The notes under the pieces were generated by a model that saw nothing but the letters and a program-made list of their open reading frames with translations, was not told where the DNA came from and did not search any database. A stretch of DNA of 64,000 nucleotides from Eledone cirrhosa. Lineage: Eukaryota. This document shows, in pieces, positions 27,801 to 40,980 of this stretch. The stretch is taken from the NCBI GenBank assembly GCA_964016885.1, contig OZ024742.1, positions 210,056,001-210,120,000 on the forward strand. Reading direction: 5' to 3'. The first letter of the stretch is position 1. The number at the start of each line of letters is the position of its first letter. The translations under genes were made by a program, and so were the position numbers.

Positions 27801-28241
27801 GATAGTTGTCCGCATAGTGAGGGCCCCGAGTGAGCGAGTTGTAAGTTTAGTCCTTTTCTTCGGATGGCCCTGCGGATGGCTGTTGTTGTCATCACTGAAA
27901 TGTGGAAGTTTCAGGAAGCAGGTGTTGGTGGAGTTCATGCTTTGAATGCTACGTTTCCTATTTCTAACGCGGTTCACGGTGGATGTCGGGAAATATACAT
28001 AACCTTACATATAAATATAAATATATATTTCTTCATTTAATTTGTAATACACTCTCCTATGGTAGGGCCAAAATTTGGCCGAATTGAACTGCTTTCTAGC
28101 AGCACACTACCTGCCAATGTACCCCCTTACTACCCTCCTGTTGATAGCCAATCACGTGATACTTTTTTCATTTGAAACTTTCACTGATAGAAAACAAGGA
28201 AGAATTTTTCTATTTTTCTTTTTCTTTCCTGATTGAGAAAC

Positions 28242-28314
28242 GTCTCCTGATAATTTAAGATTTCTCACAGTAATCGGAGTATTGATATTTACTCAATGAA
28301 ACTGCAGTAGGGAC
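28242..28314 (+). ncRNA. Type I hammerhead, degenerate (G8A)
   Basis: GTCTC-CTGATAA-...-GAAAC-TGCA-GTA-GGGAC; palindromic stem III ACTGCAGT. Confidence 0.6.
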
Positions 28315-28510
28315 ATTAAAATAAGTTAGTAAAGATTTTTTTTTTTCTAATCTTGTTTTCTTTTACCAAATATGATTATATTACGCCCTGAATAGGTTGA
28401 TCTCTGTTAATCCTTTCATAGAGCAAAACCTGGTATCGGTTGGACGTCTTTATATATATATCTATACTTGTGTAAAGATATATATATTTATTCATTTAAT
28501 TTATATATAT

Positions 28511-28688
28511 ATAGGAAAATGTTCAAGACCTTGAACTCTGCCGTCGGGGTCTTGAATATTTTCCTATTACCCACTCTACTACCCAAAGTATTGAGTACTC
28601 TGGTGCGTTATGGTCCACCTGGTTCCTTACCACACTTCCTTCGTTATATATATATATATATATATAACGAAGGAAGTGTGGTAAGGAA

Positions 28689-28722
<34 letters not shown>

Positions 28723-28904
28723 CGAAGGAAATGTGGTAAGGAACCAGGTGGACCATAACGCACCAAAGTACTCAATACTTGGGGTAGTAGAGTGGGTAAT
28801 AGGAACCGGTAAGACCCCGACGGCTGAGCTCAAGCCGTTTCGACGGCTAATTCAGAATTAGCCGTCGGAACGGCTTGAGCTCAGCCGTCGGGGTCTTACC
28901 GGTT

Positions 28905-28908
<4 letters not shown>
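28511..28908. repeat. Compound fold-back element (tail-to-tail copies around (TA)n, each with a terminal hairpin)
   Basis: 28560-28645 is the reverse complement of 28721-28806; 28800-28908 is itself a palindrome centred near 28853. Same family as 50534-50782. Confidence 0.9.
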
Positions 28909-28937
<29 letters not shown>

Positions 28938-29044
28938 GGCGATGAATTTGTTTTGCAATGATTTTGATATGAAATCGTGTGTTTTAATAAATATTGTTAT
29001 ATTTGGAGAGGGTCATGTTGTTATAATATTGCCAGAAATAATAA

Positions 29045-29230
29045 TTGTTTCTACTTTAGGCACAAGGCCAGCAATTACCCAGTGCATTACTGGTACTTTA
29101 TTTTATCGACCCCGTAAGGATGAAAGGCAAAGTCAACCTCGGCGGGATTTGAACTCAGATCGTAAAGGGACGTAACTATGCTGGAAAGCATGGCGTCCGA
29201 CCTTCTACCGATACTGCCAATCCACCGCCC
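29045..29230 (-). mobile_element. SINE family 1
   Basis: Full length; cagaaataataat on both flanks (TSD). Confidence 0.93.
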
Positions 29231-29388
29231 TCAGAAATAATAATAAAACACCAGAAATAATAATAAAACACACTCAGTGTTTGGTTTGGGTTGGTTTTCA
29301 CTTCAGTATATGTTATATCTCTATAATTAATTTAGCTGGCAATCAATGTTTATCATTGATTGACCAACAGTTAAAAATATAGATATAA

Positions 29389-29539
<151 letters not shown>

Positions 29540-29699
29540 ATTATGTTTCCTCCCGTTGTATTGCTGTAATGTATGCAGGATATCCGTAGATAAAAGATTA
29601 AGGAAAACAATGTTCAAGCTATTGCAAGAGAGCTTATTTAGCGTAAATAATGTTTCATACACTTAACATGTATGGGTGACCTTAGGTTTCGGGGTCCAG

Positions 29700-32600
29700 T
29701 TATGACCACCACTGTATAGTGGTGGAGCCTCTTCAAAACTGGTCTCTCGTCGTGCGCTTGGACAAATTACGAAAAAAACGTTTTAGCCGACTATATTTGG
29801 TTTTAAACAGTGGAGAGCCGCTTTCGGGAACAAGTGGAGTAATTCGGAGTCTTAATTTATAAACTAATTTGTGTGTAAAATGCTGATAAGGGAAAAACAG
29901 GATGAACTACTAACTGTAAAGAGGGTGGAAAAGCAAGTGACTGATGATGTGGACATTGGAAATGTGAATTAAAATGTAAATGAAGAAACGGAAGAAACAA
30001 GATTGATTACACTGGTCTACAAGGTTTTTGGTGTTTAGGAAATAGACATCATTCCTATACAAAATCGGTCTCCTGATTCCAAACATAACCTTCTTTTTGA
30101 CCTATCAGATCTAGTTTTTAAGTTATTTAACATCCCTATAGTCACTATGTATGTGTGTATGTCCAGTACCCAGTGTTCCTTACCTTATTCTAATTCTAAG
30201 ATTTTTTTATTTTTCCATACTTTTTAGATGTTGTGGTGAACTAAGCAATAGAAAATGAGCAAGATGTCCTCTTCAAGAAGGTGTTGCGTTAATTCTCCAA
30301 ATGTGTTTTATTATGTATGTGGAGAATACACAATACGTGAACATCGAAAAAACATCACTGATTTTGTTGAAAGAGCATATATGGCATATTTTGGGGTCAA
30401 GCTGGGAGACCAAGATAAATATTGGGCACCGTATAGTGTCTGCAAACAATGTACAGAACATTTGCAACAATGGACTAAAGGGACAAGGAAAAGTATGAGG
30501 TTTGCTATACCAATGGTATGGCGGGAGCCCTATAATCCTGTGGACGACTGCTATTTTTGTAACCTAAATTTGAAGAGTATTAACCGGAAAATTCGACAAA
30601 CGTTCGTCTATCCTAATCTTGCCTCTGCTATTAGACCGGTTCTACACAGTGAAGAGATTCCTGTCTTCAATGTCAAATAACTTTACCCTCAACCAAAGAA
30701 GATTCATCACCTGAAGATGACATTTGAGATCAAGACTTTTCAGTTGAGACTTTACCTCAGCTATTCCCCCATGTAGAGCTGAATGATCTAGTTCGTAACT
30801 TGAACCTCCCCAAAAATTCTGCAGAACTGTTGGCTTCTCGACTGAAAGAGAAGAATCTTCTAGAGAATGGTGTCCGTATAACCTTTTATAGGCGTCGGCT
30901 TGAAGAGTTCTTTTCTTTCTTCACAAAAGGGGAAGAGCTGGTTTACTGCAGGGATGTCAGTGGGCTTCTTAATAAACTTGGTATTGAGGAATAGAAACCA
31001 GAAGAATGGCGTCATTTCATACATAGCTCTAAGTGTAGTTTAAATGTGTATTGTTGCACAACGGAAATGTGTATGACTCTGTCACACTCGGCTACTCAAC
31101 AACTCTGAAGGAAAAATATGAAGAAATTAAGTTAGTTTTAGAGAAGATATTGTATCATGGTCATAAATTGGTCATCTGCGTTGACTTAAAGATGGTGAAT
31201 TTTCTCATGGGACAGCAATCTGGTTATACCAAATACCCATGCTTTCTTTGCATGCGGAACCGAGTAAATCACTATGTTAAGAAAGACTGGTCGCCTCGAA
31301 CAAATATGGTTCCGTGTAGAGCTGCCAATATATTGAAAGAACCTTTAGTTGAGCGAGATAAGATCATTTTCCCCTCTTTGCACATCAAACTCGGATTGAT
31401 CAAGCAATTCATCAAAGCTCTTGACAAAAATGGGGTCTTCAAGTATATCTGCAGTGTATTTCCAGACTTGACGATTGAAAAACTTAAAGCAGGGATTTTT
31501 GATGGAGCACAAATCCGTAAGCTCTTGAAGGACACAAATTTCGTGAAAACGATGAGCGAAAATGAAGCATCAGCTTGGCTAGCCTTTGCAGAAGTAGTAC
31601 AAAATTTCCTTGGGAAACACAAAAGTGAAAACTATAAAGACCTTGTTAACAACTTGATATCAACTTTTCCTGATATTGGCGCGAATATGAGCATCAAAAT
31701 GCTTATCTTTTTAGTCACCTTGATCGTTTTGCTGAAAATCTTGGAGATGTTAGCGATGAACAAGGCAAACGATTCCATCAGGACATCAAGGAGATGGAAA
31801 CTCGGTACAAGAGACATTGGGACGCTGTGATTATGGCAGACTATTACTGGTATTTAAAACGAGATACTCCTGTTGCTCAACATTCACGGTGCACAAAGAA
31901 GTGTAAATTTATTCCTGGAATTTTCTGCCAAAAATCTTTCTTTTTTGTGTTACCCTCTCTTTATTGATTCATATTATATGCCTTTTGTATGAATAAAATA
32001 CTTACTTTATCAGGTCTAGTCTGAAAACTAGACCTGATAGAGAAAGACTGAAGTGATTTTCTAATTTAGCAGGCAGAATTCGTTGAAATATTCCAGGCAA
32101 AAGACAAAAATGTTTTGTTTTTGTTGCCCAGTGTTATCAAATGATTGAGAGATGTGTTTAAAGATCCTGGATTCAATAAGACGTCGCTGAGTCTTCGGGA
32201 TATAGAGAGAAGTCGTCTAGCAACTGATACAGCCATGCGATCCTCTATATAGAAACCAATGGTATCACCGACTTGAGAAAGTGAATTAGTGCTGCAGGAT
32301 TTCTGGTGAGTGGACGATTAGGTATTAAGCAAACTGAAAGAAGGAATTGTAAAGAACCCCGATGGAAAATAAGATTGGAAGGTGATATAACTCAGCTCAA
32401 AAAAGATCTAGGAAAATGGATGCATGGTATAGAAGAAAATGGAAGAAGGCCAAAGTAGGGAAGAAACGACGCAAGTTGAAAGGTTTGAATGTAGTGATGG
32501 AAGAAGTGAAGTAGTGAATTGGGTTAGGCGCTATGAAATAGTAAAAACAATACGAGCAGAACAGGTTGTTCTCTACAAATTAGAAAATGTTCTTTGGAGC

Positions 32601-34350
32601 ACTGTCAAGAGGAAATGGTGCAGAAGTTGCACTTAATGCTGAGGAATTCACACAATTTTGTTCAAATCTATAGGGAATTACAAAAGAGCATTATATAAAT
32701 GCAAGATGAATAAATGAAGTTGAACATAAGTTATCTAACGAACCAAAACAGAAATGGGAAAGAATTTCAAAGGAGACGTTCAAGAGCAAGGAAGGAAAGT
32801 TCCAAGCTGGAAATCTGGAAAGGATGGAATCCAAGGATTCTGGTTGAAAAAAGTTTAAGGTGTTCTTTCAAGGCTGGCGAAGCATCTAAGTTATTGTATA
32901 GAACAAGAAATTCCAAGTTGGTTGGTTGAAGGAAACACAACTTTGATAATGAATGATAAGAGGAAAGTTCCGTTATTTGGAAATTACAAACCAATTGCTT
33001 GAATTTATTTTGGAAGCTATTGACTGACATCATTGCTGCAAAAGTGTATGATCACTTACTTTAGAATGAGATGCTTCCTGTCGATCAGAAGGAAGTGTAG
33101 GAAATACTCCCAGGGAACCAAAGACCATCTTGCTGTTGACAATACGATCATGAATAACTGCAAAAGACGTCTGAAGAATTTATGCATGGCTTGTATAGAC
33201 ATTAAGAAAGAATTTGACACAGTCCCACATTCATGGATACTGAAATGTTTGAGTATGTTTGGGATAGCAGAGGAGTCTAGCATGCCTTTGTGGAAGACAA
33301 ATCTGTATGTATGAAACAAACATCTAGGTGTGGTCAATATAAGAAGAGGAATATTTCAAAGAGATTCCTTCTCACTTTTGCTCTTTGTGATTGCCATGTT
33401 CCATTATCAATGGTCTTACGAGATACAATATCTGTATCAGATGGAAAACGGAGAACCTAAGATCAATCGTCTACTTTTCATGAATGATCTGAAGCTCTTT
33501 GGCAGAAATGAATCTCAGGTTGACTTACTGGTCAAGATTGTCCACTTGTGTTGCGGCCCCATTGGGATGGAATTTGGTATCGTAAAGTGTGCCATGAAAA
33601 GAGGTAGGTCTGTACATAGTTGTGGGATTGAGTTACCTTATGGAGAGTCGATTGGTGACTGAGGATATGGGTACTGATATTGAAAACGAAATGAAATGGG
33701 AAGAACTTAATTAGCGCTATCAATGTCTGAGCTGTACCAGTTATTAAATATAGTGCGACTATTTTGTATTGGATCAAAGGAGAAATAGAGAAATTGGATA
33801 GACTAGCGCTTAAGAAAATGGTTGACAATGGTGTATTGCACCCAAAGGCAAATGTCATCAGGCTTTTAAAATATGTTGCCAAAATCGGAGGCCTAGGTAT
33901 TGAAACCATTGAAAGTAAGGAAAACTACAGAGGGTGCTAGCTGACAAATTGAACACAAGGAAGAGTATTGAATTGCATGGTCCATTTGAAAAAGAAACGA
34001 ACGAAGTAAAAGTAGGATCTTCATGGAATTGGTTGACAAATGGTGATCTTGAGAGAGACAGAAAGCTTATTAATAGCTACTGAAGGTCAAGCACTAAACA
34101 CAAATGTGATCAGGAATTTACATAACCCGAATAAAAATGTAGGTCATATGGGAAGATATCGTGAGTGGCTGTAGCATCCTTGCACAGAGAGAATATAAAA
34201 GTTGTCACGATAAAGTGTGCTTATACCACCATAGGTCTTTGCGCAAGAAATATAGGTTTGCGACCACTGAGAAACAGTATCAGCATAAATCAGAGAAGGT
34301 CCTAGAAAATCAGACTGTGAAACTTTTATGGTACTTTACAATACAGACAG
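29700..34350 (+). mobile_element. Highly decayed R4/Dong-like LINE, split by a DNA transposon
   Basis: DIKKEFDTVPHSWILKCL, RRGIFQRDSFS, LFMNDLKLF and SGCSILAQREYKSCHDKV motifs in 33000-34350. The 5' boundary is uncertain. Confidence 0.78.
30010..32133 (+). mobile_element. Chapaev3-like (CMC) DNA transposon with transposase pseudogene
   Basis: Termini CACTGG...CCAGTG flanked by TTA on both sides. Motifs CVNSPNVFYYVCGE, GDQDKYWAP, PMVWREP..DDCYFC, DLKMVNFLMGQQSGYTKYPCFLC and LHIKLGL. The family name is from recall. Confidence 0.8.
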
Positions 34351-34464
34351 AGTTCTTAAAGGTACTGAAAGGGGGTGTTTGTTGATAGATGAAGCTTGAC
34401 CAGGTGACCATTACATCAACGAATAGTTCAGTAGCTTTCACAATCGTTGCTGTGAATATGGCTT

Positions 34465-34680
34465 TATTGTCGTTCTTGTTGTCCTTGTTGCTGCTGTCTA
34501 TGTCGTTGTTGCCGTTACTGTTATTGTTGCCGTTGCCGTTGCTGTTGTTGCTGTTGCTGTTGTTGCTGTTGCTGTTGCTGTTGCTGTTGTTGCTGTTGCT
34601 GTTGTTGCTGTTGCTGTTGCTGTTGCTGTTGTTGCCGTTGCTGTTGTTGCTGTTGCTGTTGCTGTTGTTGCTGTTGCTGT

Positions 34681-34715
<35 letters not shown>

Positions 34716-35030
34716 TTGCCGTTGCTGTTGTTGCTGTTGCTGTTGCTGTTGTTGCTGTTGCTGTTGCTGTTGCTGTTGTTGCTGTTGCTGTTGTTGCTGT
34801 TGCTGTTGCTGTTGTTGCTGTTTCTGTTGCTGTTGCTGTTGCTGTTGCTGTTATTGTTGCCGTTGCTGATGCTGCTGTTGCTGTTGTTGTCATCATCATT
34901 GTTCTTGTAGTTATTTTTCCATATTATTGCTCTTGTTGTTGTCGTAACCGTTGTTGCTGCTGTTGTTGCTGCTGCTATTGCTATTTGTTGCAGTTAATGT
35001 TGTTGTTGCCATTGTAATTGCTGCTGCTCT
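34465..35030. repeat. (TTG/CTG)n compound trinucleotide tract
   Basis: Direct reading; source of the poly-L and poly-TA ORFs. Confidence 0.95.
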
Positions 35031-35417
35031 TTTTTTTTTGTCGCTACTTTTGCTGCTCCTACTGATGTTGCAGTGACTGGCGACGGCGGACTTGCTGACT
35101 TTAGTGGGGGTGGTGACTGTGGGTACTTTGGTAGTGCTGATGGAGGAGGTGACGCTGTTTTCGACCTTTAGATTTGAATGCGAATCGTTGTCACTTGATC
35201 GCTGTCTGGGCGTCAGCGTGTCGTCTCCATTTTTAAAGGCTTGTGAGCGCAGAAAACAAAATAAGAAGTTCAAATGTTTGGGCCAAATATTATGGGGTCG
35301 CCTTTTCAGAGGGCGAGTCTATTCACAGTTAACAACAAAAATATTTCCACAAATTACAAATCACAATTCAAACTAATCTTCAGGAGCTCAGAATAACGTC
35401 TTCACAAGTTAGTCGCC

Positions 35418-35763
35418 AATCCCGCCGAGGTTAACTTTGCCTTTCATCCTCACGGGGTCGATAAAATAAAGTACCAGTCACGCACTGGGGTCGATTTAAT
35501 CGACTTTCCCCTCCCCCAAAATCATTGGCCTTGTGCCTATATAAGAAAAAAAAAAATAATAATAATAATAATAATAATTGTTTCTACGTTAGGCACAAGG
35601 CCAGAAATTACCCAGTACATTACTGGTACTATATTTTATCGACCCCGTAAGGATGAAAGGCAAAGTTAACCTCGGCGGGATTTGAACTCAGATCGTAAAG
35701 GGACGTAACTATGCTAGAAAGCATGGCGTCCGACCCTCTACCGATACTGCCAAGCCACCACCC
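35418..35763. mobile_element. Two SINE family 1 copies tail-to-tail (+ 35418-35545, - 35577-35763)
   Basis: Consensus matches; (TAA)n between and after the copies. Confidence 0.88.
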
Positions 35764-35828
<65 letters not shown>

Positions 35829-35919
35829 GATTGTGTATCACTTTCAGTATCTTCTTGTAAGTTTTGCCACCCATGCACAAATAAAAACCATTCTTCTTCT
35901 TTACTAACACCACCACCAC

Positions 35920-35950
<31 letters not shown>

Positions 35951-36624
35951 CTCATCATCATCCCCATCATCATCCTCATCCTCATCGCCGTCGTCATTGT
36001 CATGATCATCATCGCTATCATCAACATCATCATTATCATTATCTTTTCTTCTGTCACGAAGCTTAATTCGAAACAGATGTTAAATGAGTAAATCTATCAT
36101 CGCCCACTTCTAACGATCAAGTTGGAAAATCTGTCAGCATTGCTTAGTGGATAAAGCTTTATATTTCAGAGTAAAGAAAACATCATTAAATTCTCCGTTG
36201 CCTAGGGCCGATCTTATTTTGTTTCATCTATCAATGTTCCGTTTATAGAAAGTAACCAAATAACAACTGTAATAATAATGTTTTCTAACATTGGTAAAGG
36301 CCAGCAATTTTAGATGGAAGGGAAAATTGATTGTATCGATCCCAGTACTAAACTGGTACTTTATTTTATCGATCTCGAAATTAGGAAAGGCAAATTTAAC
36401 CTCGGCGTGAATTGCTTTTTTAATGAATATGAAACCAACTATTCCTCTGCTGCCTATCAAATAAAAAATACTAGTATTATCAATCAATACTGAGTTTATA
36501 GTGTGTGCTTCGACCACACAGCGACCCACAGTCCGTGACCCGCATTCGAGTGTTCGCCAAAGTGTGATATTGCAATTAATTATGAGGCTTACTGGGAAGT
36601 GAATATATACATACACACACATAC

Positions 36625-36655
<31 letters not shown>

Positions 36656-39192
36656 CTAGCAGAAGTACCCGGCGTTGCCCGGGTGTAAGTCGACCTTTGG
36701 TCTGTTAGAATGTGTAAAAATTACTTCGCGCGCATCACAGGTTCAAAACTTCAAACTTCAATGAAAAAAAATAGGTTAGTAGACACAGGTGTGTAATTTA
36801 TTAATTGTAGTTACACAGTGTATCGTTGAAATTGTTCTCTGCACGACTGACGGAAGTCAAAATCGCTTGATATTGAATGTTCAGTTAATTTAAAGCAGGG
36901 TGAAAATGTCGATTACTTTCAGGGGTTTTTTTTTTACAATTTTTGCGCTCACATGTGCAGAAGAAGAATTAAAAGGGCCTTTATCTTAACCGCGGCATAA
37001 TGGCGAGTCTTTTGTGACAGTTTTCAAGAATATAGGACGTTCCTGTAAAAAGTTTTCCCATGTGTAACTTTGCCTTGTTTTTTTGCGCAAAGTCGAGCCC
37101 CGCTTCAGTTTTATTGATTTTTTACATCAATGCGTGATCTCTGAAGTAGATTTGAGTAGCTAAAAACCTGTCCCGGTAAATTTGCTATAGGTGAAAAAAA
37201 GTTGATCAAAATTGTATCTAGGGTTATTGCCCGTTGCCACAGCCTCAAGCCTCGTCTGACGGGATGTTGGTGATTCCTCCGTCAGCGCTTGTTGGCGACG
37301 AAGGCGAACATCAGCAAGCCTTGTCGTACGTGATGTTGGTGACTCAACCAGCCGAGAAAGACGTCTATCAGCGAGTCGAGATTCGCGCTCAGCAGGTGTT
37401 TCCTAGAGAAAATTAATTAATTCTACAGGTTAGCTAAGCCAATGGCAGTGTCAATAGTAAATGAGAAAAGTCTAACATGAACAAAAGGAAATCAAGGTAA
37501 GAGATTAAATTTAATATAACTACGATTAGAATGTTGTGGTGACAGTTAGGATAAACGCAGTACTTGCTAACATTAAGGGAGAATATTGCATAAAGGATTA
37601 ATCAATTGTGAATGAATATTGCATAAAGGATTAATCAATTGTGAATGAACTCATACCTGAGAACACCTAATTCGTTGTCTCAAAGCAGTAGCTGTACCTT
37701 TTTTGGAGGTAAGTCTTGAACGTTTCCGTGTGGGCATAACGACGTGTAACGAAGCTGTTAGGTTAGAGAGAGGTGATTAAATACAGAGAGAGATGACACC
37801 AGATTCGTTAGCATGGTTACTGGTGAATGGGAAGGTTTGGAAATATGATTACAATAACTTACCGAATTTTCCGGTCTATAAATTGCACTTAAAATAATTA
37901 AATTTAATCAAAAAACAGCTCTGCGCTTTATACTCCGGTGAGCCTTATGTATAAATAATACAATGGTAATCAATCACGGCTCTAACAGAAGTAATAGATC
38001 TAGACTAAAAGTAAAGAAGATAGCATTTTCCTGGTTGGCCTTACACGCCGTTGCGCGGACCTGATTTTAAATGATACGCCTTATATCCTGGTGAGCCTTA
38101 TAGAGCGGAAAATATATATTGGAAAAGAATACGAATTCATGACCAAGGTGTGACAAAATAGGCGTCTATACAGCGCCTGAAACAAACTTGTCCAAAACCC
38201 TAGGATTTTTCTCGTTAAGTATCCACCCAAAAGGAACCGTTTTTTAGTTACAAAAAATAACCAAAGTGTATAGTAGCTATATTTCTGACATATCATGCCA
38301 AAAAGAACAATATATTCAAAAAATGTTTTAAAGTACATTCAATCTCTCTTTTTGACCGATATCTTAATAAGCAAGTTATCGATTTTTTATTGGCTGTCAG
38401 TGTCTATCTGCATGCAGGTGTGCACGTGTGCGCAATTAATTGCAAATACGCTCATAACATTTAGTCGTAAGCAGAACAAAAAATGCCATTAGAGGTGGGC
38501 TAATAATGAAGACACAAACCCTGGTGAACTTACGTTTAAACACCCGAAAAGTTACTCACTTCCTGTGCAAAAGACTGTATTATAAATTAAGTAATTTTTT
38601 AGAAGCTTTTGTTTAAAAAAGGAAAACATTGGTACAGACGTAACATTTTTTACAACTTTGTATGTGTACAATACAACTTGGTCAACGTATTATTTAGTAA
38701 TTTTTTTTTTCAAAAAGCATGATTATTTAAGACTGTTTGAAAATTGACTCACAGCTTTTAGCATCACAAAAGACACCATTAAATTTGGTTCCCTTTTCAG
38801 ATAGGGATAATACTGTATTTCCACTTGAATAAGGTGGAATATGAAAAGATAAACTCTTTAATGGTCGGTCATTTACTGAGACAGCTGGGAAGACATGCAG
38901 CTGGCCGTCCAATCAATAACGCACGTCCTTATATGGGCATATGAAATTTATTTTTATTGCGCCAGATGTAAACTAAGAGTTCTTGTGTTCGAATTCACAT
39001 AAAATTTCATTGGAATCGAAAAACATTCTGTCATAGGGTCCGATTATCGATTTTTCGAAAATTTCAAGTAGCCTATTCCACTCTACGCGTTGAGTTTTAT
39101 ATATGTGTGAGGTTTCATGAAAATTGGATGAACGGTGTAGCATGCAAGTTCGGAACACCAAACAATGTCCATCTTCCCTTTATATATATAGA
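36656..39192 (-). mobile_element. Non-autonomous Helitron (~2.5 kb)
   Basis: Minus strand starts TCTATATATATAAAGGG and ends CCCGGGCAACGCCGGG hairpin-tacttctg-CTAG, between A and T in (TA)n. No RepHel ORF. Confidence 0.8.
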
Positions 39193-39197
39193 TATAG

Positions 39198-39249
<52 letters not shown>

Positions 39250-39397
39250 CGACACTAATACACACACACTCCACTTTGCGTTCCAACTCGTTACCGAGAC
39301 TACCTAACGACTGTCTTGTTTTCACTCTTCATTTTCGATTCTTTTATCTTTACTAGACATTCTTTCTATTTCTCCATTGTGATCCTGTCTCTATTTG

Positions 39398-39436
39398 TAC
39401 TCCTGAAGAAGGGCTTAAACCCGACACGTCGAACTT
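39398..39436 (+). ncRNA. Minimal hammerhead, degenerate
   Basis: CTGAAGA-a-GGG-cttaaa-CCC-GACAC-GTC (GAAA to GACA); followed by the family tail aagcgtaaaactaata. Confidence 0.5.
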
Positions 39437-39722
39437 TCTTTCCTCTTTCCAATATAAAGCGTAAAACTAATAAAACTGTGTGTACCTCTGTTTGTTGTCT
39501 CCTTAAAATATATATATATATATAAATAACAGATTAAAGTTTAAGCAAAGAATCGCTGCTTTCACCCTTAACGGGATCTTCTGAAACTAAAAAAATCAAT
39601 CTGTGAACGCAGAAGTAAATATTTCTAATATATATGTAAAAGGTAAACAGAAATAACAACACAATCGGTACATGATATGGAAGGAATATATTAGGTTAAC
39701 GCTTGAAATAGCAGGAAGAGGG

Positions 39723-39758
39723 TCTTAACGTTTCGGACGCTACTCCTTCATCAGAATA
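39723..39758 (-). ncRNA. Minimal hammerhead ribozyme
   Basis: Minus strand: TTATT-CTGATGA-a-GGA-gtagcg-TCC-GAAAC-GTT-AAGA; tail aagcgttaacctaata. Confidence 0.7.
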
Positions 39759-40687
39759 AATAATCAGAAATAAGATAGTGTAACTGAGACTGCACCAACG
39801 TGTATAAATATATACACATATATAACATGTAGGCTTGTAAACCTGCCAGAAAATACGAATTTCCCTGTAAATTGAAAAAAAATGATAAATATATTTGATT
39901 TTCGGATCTAATTGGACGCAATGTCATCTAATCAACCACAAGGAAACGTCTATTTAATGGGTATATATACCCATTCACTTTTTGTATTATTCTGAAATGG
40001 ACGTACTAATTTGCACATAATTAGCGTTCGTGTTGGTAATTAATAAAGATACGTATTAAGAAGTGTATGATAAAATACTAGTTGTATAAATAAAGAGTGT
40101 GTAACCATGACTGCGCCAACGTGTATGAATATATACACATATCTAATATGTAGGCATGTAAACATTCTTAATATATATATGTACTTGAAATGTTAGCTTT
40201 CATGAAGAGATTCATTTACGAAACGATGCTCAACACGATTTCCCTACCACATATGTTGTCACAGACATTAAACAATTGTTAAAATATACATGTAGCAGAA
40301 GAATTTATATAACGTCTTTAAAAAAAAAACGAAATAAAGTTGTAGCAAGTTGCTCGCCCTCGTAAAGGCCGACAACACAGAGCACCGTCTTTCCTTCAGA
40401 GAACGTCGTAGGACCATGATCTCTCTATGGTCCTAAGCAGTGTCACTCTTACTGTTTATGCTGATAATATCAAGTTATCAAAGATAGTCAACAGCCAGCA
40501 TAATCTCCCAAAGATCTACAGAAGTACATCAATGTTATATACAGGTATGCTGATGTGAGCAACATGCAATTCAAAATAAAAGAATTTCAAATACTTCTCT
40601 TCTCTGACACCCGCAAGGTGAGAATCTGTATGAACACTGGGGATGATGATGAACATTTACGCATCGTTACACTCTCTAAAATAACAA

Positions 40688-40980
40688 TAATTGTTTCTAC
40701 TTTTGGCACAAGGCCAGCAATTACCCAGTGTATTACTGGTACTTTATTTTATCGACCCCGTAAGGATGAAAGGCAAAGTTAACCTCGGCGGGATAATGTA
40801 CAAACGACAGCTGGGTTGATCTTGAGATAAAAATAAATCATATTAGTATATGGAGACGTCGGATTGGCAGAGTCATTAGAACGCCGGATAAAATGATTTG
40901 CGGTATTTATTTTAGTTCTCTACTCTCTGAGTTCAAATACCACCGCGATGAACTTTACCTTTCATCCGTTCGAGGACGAT
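40688..40980. mobile_element. SINE family 1 fragments (- 40688-40793, + ~40858-40980)
   Basis: Consensus matches, truncated or diverged. Confidence 0.75.

Larger units (their letters stand above)
26330..27990 (-). mobile_element. Decayed Penelope-like element interrupted by a CRE fragment
   Basis: Minus strand near 27010-27080 reads IKEHINTNASSFKKHLEKC (GIY-YIG-like R..EH region) and near 27900 CFLKLPHF. Minimal HHR at 26431-26470 is in the same orientation. Confidence 0.55.

Noticed and set aside
34389-34910. 173 aa poly-leucine ORF
   Set aside because: It is a translation of the TTG/CTG repeat with no domain.
39550-39596. Minus strand CAGAAGA-tCCC-gttaa-GGGt-GAAAG
   Set aside because: Core mutation and unpaired stems I and III; suggestive only.
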